NCBI GenBank assembly: GCA_964019425.1
Contig: OZ025789.1
Coordinates: forward strand, 496,001 to 560,000
From: Flectonema sp. DT1601
Taxonomy: Eukaryota
Length of the DNA stretch: 64,000 nucleotides
Direction of reading: 5' to 3'
Every line of letters starts with the position of its first letter. Positions within the stretch are counted from its first letter, which is position 1. The translations under genes and the position numbers were made by a program. This document shows positions 22,442-33,549 of the stretch, piece by piece. The notes under the pieces are model-generated. The model was not told where the DNA came from and did not search any database. It saw only the letters and a program-made list of their open reading frames with translations.

Positions 22442-25400
22442 ATGCAACCTGTTTGGGGTAAGCAAGAAACCATCTATATCGGAGCTGGTAATGGCGTGAT
22501 GATTGACGGAGGGCAAAGACCAAAATCAGCGACAAAGCAGAGAAAGAAAATTCGAAGATTTGAGAGCACGGCAGGACACGGAATCACATGCACGACTGAT
22601 GGACTTGAGAAATGTGATCATTCTCAGACTTACTATACAAGTACTCATGAACATATGACTTGTGGTATTTATGATGGTCATGGTGGAGTAGAATGCGCAA
22701 AGTTTGCTTCTCAAGAATTGGGTGAGAACTTCTTATCAGAAATGATCTCAATGGAAGAATCACCCGATGATTTATCTTCGAAAAATGCTCAGAATCTGGC
22801 AGACTGCTCACGGAAGATTCATTCAGCTATTGACAAAGCGTTTTCTGAATCAGATCAAAGTGATGACAGCGGATGTACTGCTCTTACTCTTGCGGGGACA
22901 GATTCTCTTGTTTGGGTATCTGCTGTGGGTGATGTCCGCTGTGTATTGTGTCGTCGAGGTACAGCTCTACCCCTCACCTACGATCACACACCATTCGCAC
23001 CCAGAGAACAAGCAAGAATATCTGCTGCTAGCGTATCTGCTGCATCAACGTACAAAATGAAGAAAGATGGCGATAAAACCAACAACACCGCGTCCAGATC
23101 ATTTGGAGATTTCGCCCACAAACAAATAGAAGGTCTCGCTGACATTGAACAACCAGTAATATCAACACCGGACGTTACAGTTTTAGACTTATGCGACGAT
23201 GATGAATTTATTGTTGTCGCATCTGCTATTATTTGGAAACATTTGAGCGAAGTACAAGTCGTAGAAGCAGTGAAATCAAGTCTTGAATGCGACGACGGTA
23301 TTGAAAGAGTCGTATCGGATTTGTGTGATAAAGCCGTGAGTGCTATAGTTTCAAAAGACCAATGTAATCAAAGAAATATAAGTATAATAATATGGATTCC
23401 AAAGTTAAGCAACTCATCAGATGACACAATCAGTACCGTTCATACCACTAACACTGATCTACTATCTAAATGGAAAGCCTTAGTAGACAAAGGTCTTATA
23501 CCTGATGGAATATATCGACCAATAACCAACGGAAAACATGGATCTTTTGGAAGAAAGAGTTTCATGAACAGTAAACACCAATCACCAATTGGCAGTCCCA
23601 CTGGTAAATGTGCTCAACAGGTAGTCATAGAAATGAGTGACTTTAACACACCTGTTTATCAACGGCCTGTAGGATTAAACCGTGTTCCGCTACTGCTAGT
23701 GTTGTTTGTGTCGTGTTTGTGGCTTGTTTGGGAGGTGGTTAGAAACGCTTATTATTTAACAATTCCTCACGTGATGCTGGTTTCTACTTGTTTGTTTTTG
23801 ATTATTAAAAGGAAAGAACTCTGCAACAACTCCCTACAGCTACCCATCGTATTTTGTGGAGTACTCTACGTGGTGTTATTGGATGCTTTGGGAGGGTTGT
23901 CATTTGATGGTTGGAGTCTAAGTGGAACAATCGTTATACTACTCGCAATGTTTAGTACTAAAGGAACTCCAATAGTATTCACGGGTATCTTTTTATCTTT
24001 ATGGATAATAATAAGAACGTTAGAAGAGGGTAAACACGTTGGTTTATTTAATATATTGCCTACGGCTGAATTACCGTTTGATGCAGACGCTCGCAATTTC
24101 CCAAAAAAAGGTGGAGAATGGATCATCGGAGTGTTGCTTTCCCGTCTGGTCTCGGTATTATCCCTCACGACGTTGGCAGTTAATATAAACATTCTGAGTT
24201 CGAATGGACGAGATCGACTTGTCGCTGCGTTTAATTGTACTCAAGTCGTTTCAAATGCGATAATATCGAGAGACTACAGCGTCTTTGATCCCAAAGCTCT
24301 TGATGCTTTAATGATGTATTCAGACCCAACCGGTGGACTACGATCATCGTTACTGGGAATCTTAAAGAACTTAGCAACCAACAATATTAAAAAACATGAA
24401 AAAGGTGACGAATCGAGTCGTTGTCCAACAAGTGAAGCTCCATCAACATTGGAAGGATTATCGTCTGTTTATTCATGCGACATCGATTATGATTTATCGA
24501 GTCATTGGTTAAGTGCTAAGTGTAAAAATGTATCTATTACTTGTGCGAGGCTAGCTCATGAAACTGATTTCACTCAGATAGCGACATTCGTAGACATTGC
24601 GAACACCGCGATCACCGCTTCTGATGGTACTATATTATACCTTGGAGGATCTGTGATTACCATTTCATGGAATTCTCACAGTCCTGTTGCAAATCACGTT
24701 CATCAAGCACTGTCGTGTTGTATATCAATGCAAGCTCATTTACTGGGACTTAGCCAGTGTAATATTGCTCTTGTCACTGGACAGGTTAGCTGCGGCAGTC
24801 TAAATGACGGTTGTCAAGTAACAGTTGGTAAATGTATAACGTACGCCCAGCAATTGGCTATTCTTGCAAGGACGATACGAGCAAAAACAGTTCTGACTGA
24901 TAAAGTGTATGAACAGGTCAGGTCTGTAATCTTTGCGAGACCCATAGATGCTGTTTCTGTTACAGCAAGTGATAAACCAGAATTAATTTATGAAGTTCAA
25001 GGTTCTCGCAATGACGCATCTCCTCCAAAAACCTGCAGTTTGATCTTCACTGAGGCATTCTCATCACTACATCAGCTGAAACTTGAACAAGCGAAATCTC
25101 AATTTTTAAAATGTTTGCAGTCATGTCCTCGTGACAACCAAGCAAAGCGTTTATTATCAATAACCGAGTGGCTAATGGAATCAGATTGTAGTTACCTACT
25201 TGATGAAAAACAATACAGTAGAAGACTGTATAGTGATGTTGAATTCTATTGTTTGGGTTTATCTGACGAAAAACATGATGAAAAAACTGAGTTAAAACTT
25301 GACTACGATCCTCTCGGTAAACGAGAATCACTTCAACACGATAAAGTACTTCGAAGGCAAATCAGAGATGCGGAAGCTGAAGCAAATGCTGAACAGTTAG

Positions 25401-26646
25401 AAGCATGGGGTATCGTTGCAGACAGTGGAAAAAAAGCAACCGCTGGATCGCAAAAGAAGGAGTTTGAAGTACCGACTAGATTCCAAGATCATAAAGGTCG
25501 GACCTGGTGCAGGGCTGGACGCTCATTAGGGAAAGGTGCTTTTGGAGAAGTTTGGTTGGGAATGGGCGCGGAGGGTTCCTTAGTCGCATTAAAGTCAATG
25601 CGGCTACCAACTTTTACAAATACAAATGAAAATCAAAATCTTTCAGCTGCTGCAAGAAGACGTTTAGCAAGAAAGGGAGGCGGAGGCGGAGGAGCTCGCA
25701 CTGACTTGCAATTAATAGAAGACCTCCTCCGAGAAGTAGGACTAATGCACAAACTACGACACGAGAACATCGTATGTTGTTATCTTAACCTTCTCTCTTT
25801 ATAACTTATTAAAGTTGTCAGTAGCTAATTTAATACAACACAGGTTTCTTACATGGCGTCTGCTGTAGTCGAAGGATACATAATGATTGTAATGGAATAC
25901 CTCTCGGGTGGATCACTGCAAGATATGTTGACAAATTTTACGTCAGAAATACCAATTACTTGTATTCAGAGATACATGCAAGATATCTGTAGGGGTCTTG
26001 ATTTTTTGTATGTTACTGTTTTTTTTTTGTACTTACAAACCCATTGTTCGGTAGAAAGTATTAGGCTTTTGTACCGGGTTGCGCACAAACAAAATAAAAG
26101 TGTGAGTGAGTAAGAAAGAAAAAGTGAAGTTTGCCGATTTTTTTTTTTTTTTTTTTTTTTTTTTTGTTGTGTCAAAAAAATAAAATAAAATAACAACCCA
26201 GACACTCACGGGATATAATTCACCGAGACATGAAGCCACACAATGTTCTACTACTGGTTGACGGGCAATGTAAGTTGGCAGACTTTGGAGCATCTGCAGG
26301 GCTATCCCAATTAGCGAAGACAAACCAAGGAGTCATCGGAACCCCACTCTACATGGCTCCAGAAGCATGTATTGGATCAGCGTGTAAAGCCTCAGACATC
26401 TGGGGTGTTGGTATCATCTTGTGTCAATTATTAACTGGAAATGTTCCTTACATTTTCGGAGAAAGAGATGCCTTTAATCCTCATACTTTCTTGTATAAAC
26501 TTGGTAATTGTGAAGATTACAACCCGACTATACCGAAAGATCTTCCTGAAGAAGCAAGACGACTGGCTTCTTCCTGCCTTCGGAGATCAGCAGAAGACAG
26601 ACCGACTGCTATTGAGTTGAGTAGTTTTGCGTTTATGTTAAGTTAA
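22442..26646 (+). CDS. PP2C-like domain + multi-TM + class III cyclase-like domain + STE/MAP3K-like kinase (3 exons)
   Basis: PP2C motifs: YDGHGG, SGCTA, VGD.RCVL, DH.P, SRSFGD. TM cluster and cyclase-like region follow. Kinase has GKGAFG and VALK; introns 25772-25843 (phase 0) and 26008-26201 (phase 2) restore HENIVSY and HRDMKPHN; DFG and APE present. Confidence 0.88.
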
Positions 26647-27697
26647 CTTAATGCTATAAATAATTGAAATAACTCGATTACAGAGCGATATTTTGCAGAG
26701 TGTGTTTTACCTCAACTGTCATCGCTTAACTATCCAGATTCATCGTTTATTATTTTTTTAAAATTTTTTCTGTCAGATAAATCTTCCTCTCTAAGTGATA
26801 ATTGACGTATTCAACAGTTGTAACGCTCTGGACTTCCCTAGAACGCTGTCGATATACAAGTACTTTGATTTCGTATAAATTAATAAATATATAAACCATG
26901 AATATGCTCAACAACGCTCTCCCCCTTATTTAGTTAGTTGCATCATGAGTAAACATTTATTTCTTTTGTTAACTCTGATGCACTCCCTTAGCAGTTTTTC
27001 TAAACTGCGATCGATGCTTTTGTTTTTGGTACTAAGTCAAAAAAAAAAAAGAAATCACCTTTTTCTAAATGAGATTTTATGCACTCGGTTCAGCTTCGAA
27101 CAAAAGAGGAAAAAAAAAAAAAAAAAAACTATTTTTGTAACCTGTAGTAACATTTCAAAACATTAATTTTATTTAAATTTTATATAATTCATTAGGTTGG
27201 TTTAACTGAGGTTGCTATCTGGAGAACACTTCATCATTTTTGTAAGTTATCTCCTGGTTTCAAAATATCCTTTAAAAAAAAAAAAATAAGAATACAAAAC
27301 TGATTAATTCAGTTCCTCTTATTCCCTTTTCATTTATAGTCCTCCCTTTTTTTCTTTTTTGCATATCGTTTTTTTTTTAAAGCGTGCACCTTTTCAGGTG
27401 TCGCTGATTCCTTTAATTGTCATTGTTGTGATGCATGCTAGAGATTTACACTCGCGGGTTTTAGTTTTTTTTTTTTTTTTTTTCCTTCTTTCTCCCTACC
27501 TCACACCCTGAGTTTCCTCTTTAAAAAAAAAAAAAAAAAGGAAAAAGAGATATTAAAATTTGTTCATCAGCAGCGTCTCTGCTGGAATTAACTTTTATAT
27601 CAATCTGAGTTGTATTTCACCGCTGATGTATTGTGTTTGGTGTTTCGGATTATTTTTTTTAAATTCTTTCCTCAACAAGTCCGAACGGATTAATAAG

Positions 27698-30307
27698 ATG
27701 CCGCAGCACCGCCTCGGCGGTGACCACCCCCAACCAGAATATGTTGTTAGTCCTAAGGAGGGTCGACTGATGTGGAAAGATGGGAAAGAAGCATCAGTTG
27801 GTATTGACGGCAATACCATTCTAGGAGCTGATGGTCGAGTCTTAGAAGGACCTGATGGAGTTCCTATAACCAGAGAATCAGTAAGGAATAATGAAGACAA
27901 TATAATGGTAGCTGTATTCCCTAATAAACAATCAAAAGTCTTAACTAGACACGCAACAGGTTTAATGCAAGACGTTGATCACCAACTCTATACAATAAAA
28001 GGAAGAGTAGTCGCCTGTAACACTGCTCATGAAGCATTAACGTCATGGGATGGTAGGTATTGTGTCTATCATACTTTATCAGATGGTCAGCTAACAATAC
28101 GACTAGAAGATGATACTATCGTAGCAAGGGAAGCTGATGGAGAGATTAGTACTTGGGGTGATGGACATGTTGTAGTAGTAGCACCAGATGGCAGAACTGT
28201 CTTGGATTCTACAGGAAAAGTCTTAACTCGAGACGGTCACACCGTCGAAGTCGATGCAAACGGATTTCTAACACAAACAGTTGGCAGTTACCAATCTCCG
28301 CAACATGTTCAAACACACCACGATCCTCAACCTCAGCACCCTTCACATCATCTCTCAACATCTCACGGTTTTGATGATCAAAATAGTCAACGCAGTGCAC
28401 TTCTTAAAGAAGCTTTAAATAATGCAAATAATGAACTTCGGTTAATCAAGGAAGCCCTTGAACAATCTCAAAGAGAACTATTGAGTTCTAAACATGAAGG
28501 TACAGGTCCAGAACAGATCTTATTGTTGGAAACAAAGATTGGAGATTTAGAAGAAGAGAATCGTCGGAGACGATGGGAAACTGAAGACGTAATTCAAGAA
28601 CTTCAAAGAGAACTGAGAGATGCATCTTATGAAGATGCCGCAACGTTGCAAAGGTTGAAATTAGCTGTCGAAGAGCAGGCAAGGAGAGTCCAGACTAGAG
28701 ATGAGGAAATTCAATTACTGAAGAAGCAACTTGAGGCATCAGAAAAACGACGTTCAACTATTGAAAAAACCCTCCACACAACTCAGCAATCAGGTCAAGA
28801 AGACTACGCTCAACTAGCATCCTCACATCAATTACTCTCTAGAGATTATGCGATACTACGTGAACGTGCAGTTGAGCTTGAATCACAACACAATCAGTGT
28901 CTCTCTTCATTAGTACAGGAGCGTTCAGAAGGAGAATCACTTCGTATGCAACTAGAAACCAAACAGGCTTCCATATCTGAATTTGAAGCCATCGCTGAAC
29001 AGCGACAAGCAGAATCAGATAATTACATCACAAGAGAAGTCGAGTCATTGCGGCATCAAATTCAACTTGAGAAAGAACGTCGTCAACGAGCAGAAAAAAC
29101 AGTTCATGATCTCCAAGCACAGCATACTTCTCATACGGAAGAAGCTTATTCACAAGTTACAAAATTAGCACAAGAGAGAGATCAGTACAAGATGCAATAT
29201 AATGATGAAGAATCGAGACATAGTAAAATAACTTGGGAGGGTGAGGCACTATCTAAAGAGAACGACAGACTGAAGGCACAACAAATCCGACACGATGAAA
29301 CAACAAATAAACTACTTGAACAAAAGGGTACTTTAGAAGCTGAAGTGTCAAACCTCCGCGACACAATATCAGAAGAGAGAAAAAAGATTGCAGACATGCA
29401 AAAAGAAGTTCATGTTGAAAAGACTAACACTCTTACTGCGATCTCAGATTCGGAAGCTGCTCGAGCATCTGCAGAAGAAAGAAATAAAACTCTCACTCGT
29501 CAGATTACTGAATTCACAACTGAAGCATCTCGTCTTCGATCAGATGCAAAAAAGGCTGAAAAGACATACGAAAAGAGTCGCAGGGAGTTTAAGTCAAAGG
29601 AGAACAAAATAGAACTGGAGCTTCAGGAGCTTCGTAACACTGAAAAACAATTTCGAGTTGATCGCGAAGAGTTAGAAGAATGCCTGTCGAATATGAGTTC
29701 AAAACTCTCACTGATAACTGAAGAAAATAACTCTCTCGATTCAACTGTTGAGAAGCTAGAAAAGAAACTAAACAAAGCTGAACGAAGACGAGTTACGTTA
29801 GAAGCAAAAGCCCTCCGTCAAGAAGAGTCTTTGATAACACCAATTCAAATGGCTGGTGTGAGTAGAGAGAGAGATGATGCTATAATTACAGCTGAATCAC
29901 TTGCGGTTAGAGTTAAGAAATTAATCGCAGAGCTTCAGGATAGGGAAGCCTTGATAGATGGGCTTAGATCTCAGACGGCAATACTTCATGAAGAAAAGCA
30001 TGCTTTGTTAACAGAGAGAGAGATTCAGGCTTCTCATAGAGCGTCTGTTTCTGTATCTACGAAATACCAATCAGTACCTCCAACAACTCCGTTCTCACCT
30101 GCGCCACACACTCCTGCTCCGGCATCAGTTAGTCGGAAGTGTACTCGATGGACGTCACCATCTCGCTCTTCAACAGGAAGGCGGTCTGTTCCACATCCTT
30201 CAGAAGAAGTCTTAGCAACGGTAGTTGGTCTAGAGTATGCAAAGATGATAAAACACGATATTGCTCGCAATCATCCTCCGCTATCTCCACTACCTCGACT
30301 GTTTTAG
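27698..30307 (+). CDS. Long coiled-coil protein with N-terminal G-D-G beta-repeat region
   Basis: Likely ATG at 27698 (MPQHRLGG). Repeated xxDGxx hairpin-like motifs, then a long heptad-rich E/K/Q/R sequence and a P/S-rich tail. Confidence 0.8.
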   Translation: MPQHRLGGDHPQPEYVVSPKEGRLMWKDGKEASVGIDGNTILGADGRVLEGPDGVPITRESVRNNEDNIMVAVFPNKQSKVLTRHATGLMQDVDHQLYTIKGRVVACNTAHEALTSWDGRYCVYHTLSDGQLTIRLEDDTIVAREADGEISTWGDGHVVVVAPDGRTVLDSTGKVLTRDGHTVEVDANGFLTQTVGSYQSPQHVQTHHDPQPQHPSHHLSTSHGFDDQNSQRSALLKEALNNANNELRLIKEALEQSQRELLSSKHEGTGPEQILLLETKIGDLEEENRRRRWETEDVIQELQRELRDASYEDAATLQRLKLAVEEQARRVQTRDEEIQLLKKQLEASEKRRSTIEKTLHTTQQSGQEDYAQLASSHQLLSRDYAILRERAVELESQHNQCLSSLVQERSEGESLRMQLETKQASISEFEAIAEQRQAESDNYITREVESLRHQIQLEKERRQRAEKTVHDLQAQHTSHTEEAYSQVTKLAQERDQYKMQYNDEESRHSKITWEGEALSKENDRLKAQQIRHDETTNKLLEQKGTLEAEVSNLRDTISEERKKIADMQKEVHVEKTNTLTAISDSEAARASAEERNKTLTRQITEFTTEASRLRSDAKKAEKTYEKSRREFKSKENKIELELQELRNTEKQFRVDREELEECLSNMSSKLSLITEENNSLDSTVEKLEKKLNKAERRRVTLEAKALRQEESLITPIQMAGVSRERDDAIITAESLAVRVKKLIAELQDREALIDGLRSQTAILHEEKHALLTEREIQASHRASVSVSTKYQSVPPTTPFSPAPHTPAPASVSRKCTRWTSPSRSSTGRRSVPHPSEEVLATVVGLEYAKMIKHDIARNHPPLSPLPRLF

Positions 30308-30614
30308 TGTACTGAAGGAGAACCCATAAGTCTCCTGCCCTTTGCTATAGATTTCATAACAAATTTTTTTTATTTCTTTTGTATTATATTAGTCTACCCC
30401 CTGATAATCCCTTTCCCCCTTTTTGTACTCCTGTACCTTATGTTCTTATTATTTATTAGTAGTGTCGTTGGGTATATCACGCTTTTCTTATTGCAGGTTC
30501 GATTCCCGATGGTTGTATTTGTTGGTTTTGTATTCTTCGTATTGTGGTATTTTATGTTTTAATTGCTCTCAGTGAACTTCCTAATCACAAAAAAAAAAAA
30601 TTAATTATCAAATT

Positions 30615-31541
30615 ATGAGAAGGGTTTTTTCAAGAGTCGCACGTAGAGCTTACTGCACGGATTCATTTAAGCAACACCAGGCTGGGAATTATCAAGTTCC
30701 GGGAGGCACCTTAGAGAATCCATTGGCTCCGGAAGTCCTGCAGCAGCACATTGACTCTGAGAGAAAATGGATGGAATTTTCAAACAAATTAGACGAAGCT
30801 AGAGAGACTGGTGAATCTGAATTAATTATCAAAACACTCAACTCTGGTATTGAACTTGCTGATGAATTGGGTGAAGAGTTAAGAAGACCTGGTTACGAAG
30901 CATCAATACATTTGGAGGCATCACAGCTTCATCTTGCTAACAATGAATTGAAAGAGTCTGCTGAGAGAAGTTTTCTTGCTGAAGGAGCATTTAATCTCGA
31001 CAAGGATAAGGCAGGTCTCATGCGTGCGAAACTATTCACTGCCAATGTAGAAATTAAAGGAAATAACGCCTCAAAGGTTATGGAATCTCTGAAATCAATT
31101 CTAACCTGGTGTGAGGTTGACTCAAAGACTGGAACTCCAATCGAGCAGGACGCAGCAGACAAATTGATGCCACTTACCAAACTAGCACTTGCTGGTGCTC
31201 AAGTTCAGATGGGTGAATTTGACAGTGCTCGTGCTGTTCTCAGTGAGATCATCCCAGATTTTGCTACTTCTAAGTATGTTTTGTTTTATACTTTTTCAAT
31301 ATTGACCTGTCCGACTTTACAAAAAAAAAACACACACACAAAACACAACAGAGATATTGAAAACACCTGGGCCTGTTTAGTTGTAGCAGAACAATGTTTC
31401 CTTGGAATGGGTGACACCAGAGCTCTTAAAAACGCATTCGACAGACAGCGTAATTGGGCAAAACGTCACGACTTAGAAGATCGATTGGCAGAAGTTGAAA
31501 AGAAGATAGAAGCCCTGGGACAGAAAGAGGTAGCAGAGTAA
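30615..31541 (+). CDS. Helical-repeat (TPR-like) protein with mitochondrial-type presequence (2 exons)
   Basis: MRRVFSRVARRAYC presequence. A 78-nt stop-free intron at 31274-31351 (GTATGT..ACAACAG) explains the YVLFYTF...KKNTHTKHN insert in the ORF track. Confidence 0.8.
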   Translation: MRRVFSRVARRAYCTDSFKQHQAGNYQVPGGTLENPLAPEVLQQHIDSERKWMEFSNKLDEARETGESELIIKTLNSGIELADELGEELRRPGYEASIHLEASQLHLANNELKESAERSFLAEGAFNLDKDKAGLMRAKLFTANVEIKGNNASKVMESLKSILTWCEVDSKTGTPIEQDAADKLMPLTKLALAGAQVQMGEFDSARAVLSEIIPDFATSKYVLFYTFSILTCPTLQKKNTHTKHNRDIENTWACLVVAEQCFLGMGDTRALKNAFDRQRNWAKRHDLEDRLAEVEKKIEALGQKEVAE

Positions 31542-31872
31542 ATATCGAATGATAGAATTAGTTAGTTTATTCATGTAGAGTCACCGTAAAGGCTTATCAC
31601 AAGGAAGTGGCCTCGTCACAGACATTTATATTGGGCCATGTTCCACTTAGAGAGAGTAGGCATTCGACCGATCAGTCCTGATGGAAATACAGTAGTGATC
31701 TGATAGTTTTCTCATTTAGTATTGTTAATTAAAAAAAAGAGTGATAATAATATTCTTATATTTACAGATGAGGGAAAGAATATGTATTTTTTTTTGGTTG
31801 ATAAGAATCTTTTCATTCAGTCACACGACGGATGTTTAATATTTTTTTTTTCTTTCAGAACTATCTAAGAGA

Positions 31873-33387
31873 ATGGAATCGAAGTTGAAACAGTTTATCT
31901 CTGAAGAAAACACACAAAACAATCTAACTGATGGAGTAATCACAAGAGGATGTGAAGCATCAGGAGTATACTTAGCTTTACAAGAACGACACCATCATAA
32001 TTTGGATCTAACTCATGAGAATTGGGGTGAAGCTACCGAAGAACAAATGGGCTGCTGCAGTATAATAATAACTGGTGACAAGGGAGCTGGAAAAACAACA
32101 TTCCTTTCAGGACTCTCATCAGGCAACAGTAAGATTCTCCAAGCCCTGAGATACGACAACGCGTCCTTTTATAATATTTGGTACGGTTCTAATGAGTGTG
32201 AAATAGATCTACTCAAAGCATCATTAAAAGACAGAGATTTACACTTCTATCAAACAGAATTGGCTCATGCGAGTATGACTATTCCTTTCAGTGAGTTTGC
32301 TCTCTTCATGGAAGATAATGAGTACACTGAACCATCTCAACCAATACCAATATTACCACATCCGCAACCTACTCATGTCTTGCTTCGTATTTTAGAGATA
32401 GGTGGAGATGCTCTTAACTTGTTGTCATCAAGTAAAGTAATCTGTGATGAAAAACAACAAATATACAATAGTATAAAAACACTACTTAGTGAACACCTAT
32501 CATGCCAACCAAGCATTTGTTACTTTGTTTCTGATGACGTCTCAGCTGAAACCCGATTTGAAAAAATTCAAACTCTAAAAAAAACATCAAACACGACTTC
32601 TATATCGCTATTCACTAGATCGGATGAGGATCAGTGGTCTGGATTGGTGGAAGAATTTCGGAATTGTGGATTTGAAAGTATCAAAATATTTAACTTTGAT
32701 CACCTAAACATCTCCAACCCTGACAATGTGATAATGAATAACGTTGGGATACTACGAACAATGAGACGAATACTAAACTCAAACGAGATGCTCGTTGGAG
32801 GAAATATGCTTGTTAAGGTTGCTGCTCCACAACTATTAGCGATTATATTCGATAGGCATGATGGTTCAATTTTAACGTCATCATCGTATAGCGATTTGTT
32901 ACATGAATATCATGAGGACATTGAACATAGTGAAGTATACAGCAGGGGGGTATTGCCAAGGGTGGTTTTACCGCCCTCGTTTTTTGCCTTTGCGGAAGAT
33001 CAGCTTGTTGATCTGCTGGTGTCAAAGTACAAAGTGTTACTACCATTGTCAGTATGTTATACTATTACAAAAGGATCTGATGTATTGTGGGTTCATTCTG
33101 CTTCTGAAGATGAAAAATCATATCACATTCCTCAATCAAAAACACTTTTATCAATCATCAATCATCAGTTAGCCCTCTTCTTACCAACGTCGTTAGATGA
33201 ACCTTTTGTGGGGGTTTCTGTTGTAAAAGAATTAGTTTGTGAAGCTGTTGTTGATGGAACGCTGTTTTTTGATGTTTTTGTTGCTGCTCTCATGGCGGAT
33301 GTTTCAGAAATTCAGGATGCTGATGGAAATACGATTCGTTTCAGTGTAGGGAAGTTAAGTTCATCTGTATCTAACAAATCAGGTTAA
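31873..33387 (+). CDS. P-loop protein, divergent GTPase-like, unknown function
   Basis: IIITGDKGAGKTT (Walker A), possible G3 LEIGG and G4-like FTRSD; 504-aa ORF after TTTTCTTTCAG. Confidence 0.7.
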   Translation: MESKLKQFISEENTQNNLTDGVITRGCEASGVYLALQERHHHNLDLTHENWGEATEEQMGCCSIIITGDKGAGKTTFLSGLSSGNSKILQALRYDNASFYNIWYGSNECEIDLLKASLKDRDLHFYQTELAHASMTIPFSEFALFMEDNEYTEPSQPIPILPHPQPTHVLLRILEIGGDALNLLSSSKVICDEKQQIYNSIKTLLSEHLSCQPSICYFVSDDVSAETRFEKIQTLKKTSNTTSISLFTRSDEDQWSGLVEEFRNCGFESIKIFNFDHLNISNPDNVIMNNVGILRTMRRILNSNEMLVGGNMLVKVAAPQLLAIIFDRHDGSILTSSSYSDLLHEYHEDIEHSEVYSRGVLPRVVLPPSFFAFAEDQLVDLLVSKYKVLLPLSVCYTITKGSDVLWVHSASEDEKSYHIPQSKTLLSIINHQLALFLPTSLDEPFVGVSVVKELVCEAVVDGTLFFDVFVAALMADVSEIQDADGNTIRFSVGKLSSSVSNKSG

Positions 33388-33549
33388 CGTGTGTTCGTCA
33401 TTTGATAATCCTATCTAACCTTTCTTATTAAGGCATACGTTCGATTGATATTTTTATGAGGGTAAAACAAACTATTTCAATTTTGAATTTCTTTTTTTTT
33501 TTTTTTTTTTTTAATTCCTCCGGACAGCAACAAAAGTCTAATAAGCAAT

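Noticed and set aside
27560..27697. ORF-track N-terminal extensions from TTG or upstream starts (also 4679, 41227, 47877, 52979)
   Set aside because: They run through T-rich acceptor/UTR sequence; the downstream ATGs give better N-termini.
30465..30520. GGTTCGATTCCC T-loop/B-box-like motif as a tRNA
   Set aside because: No acceptor stem, D arm or anticodon arm can be formed.
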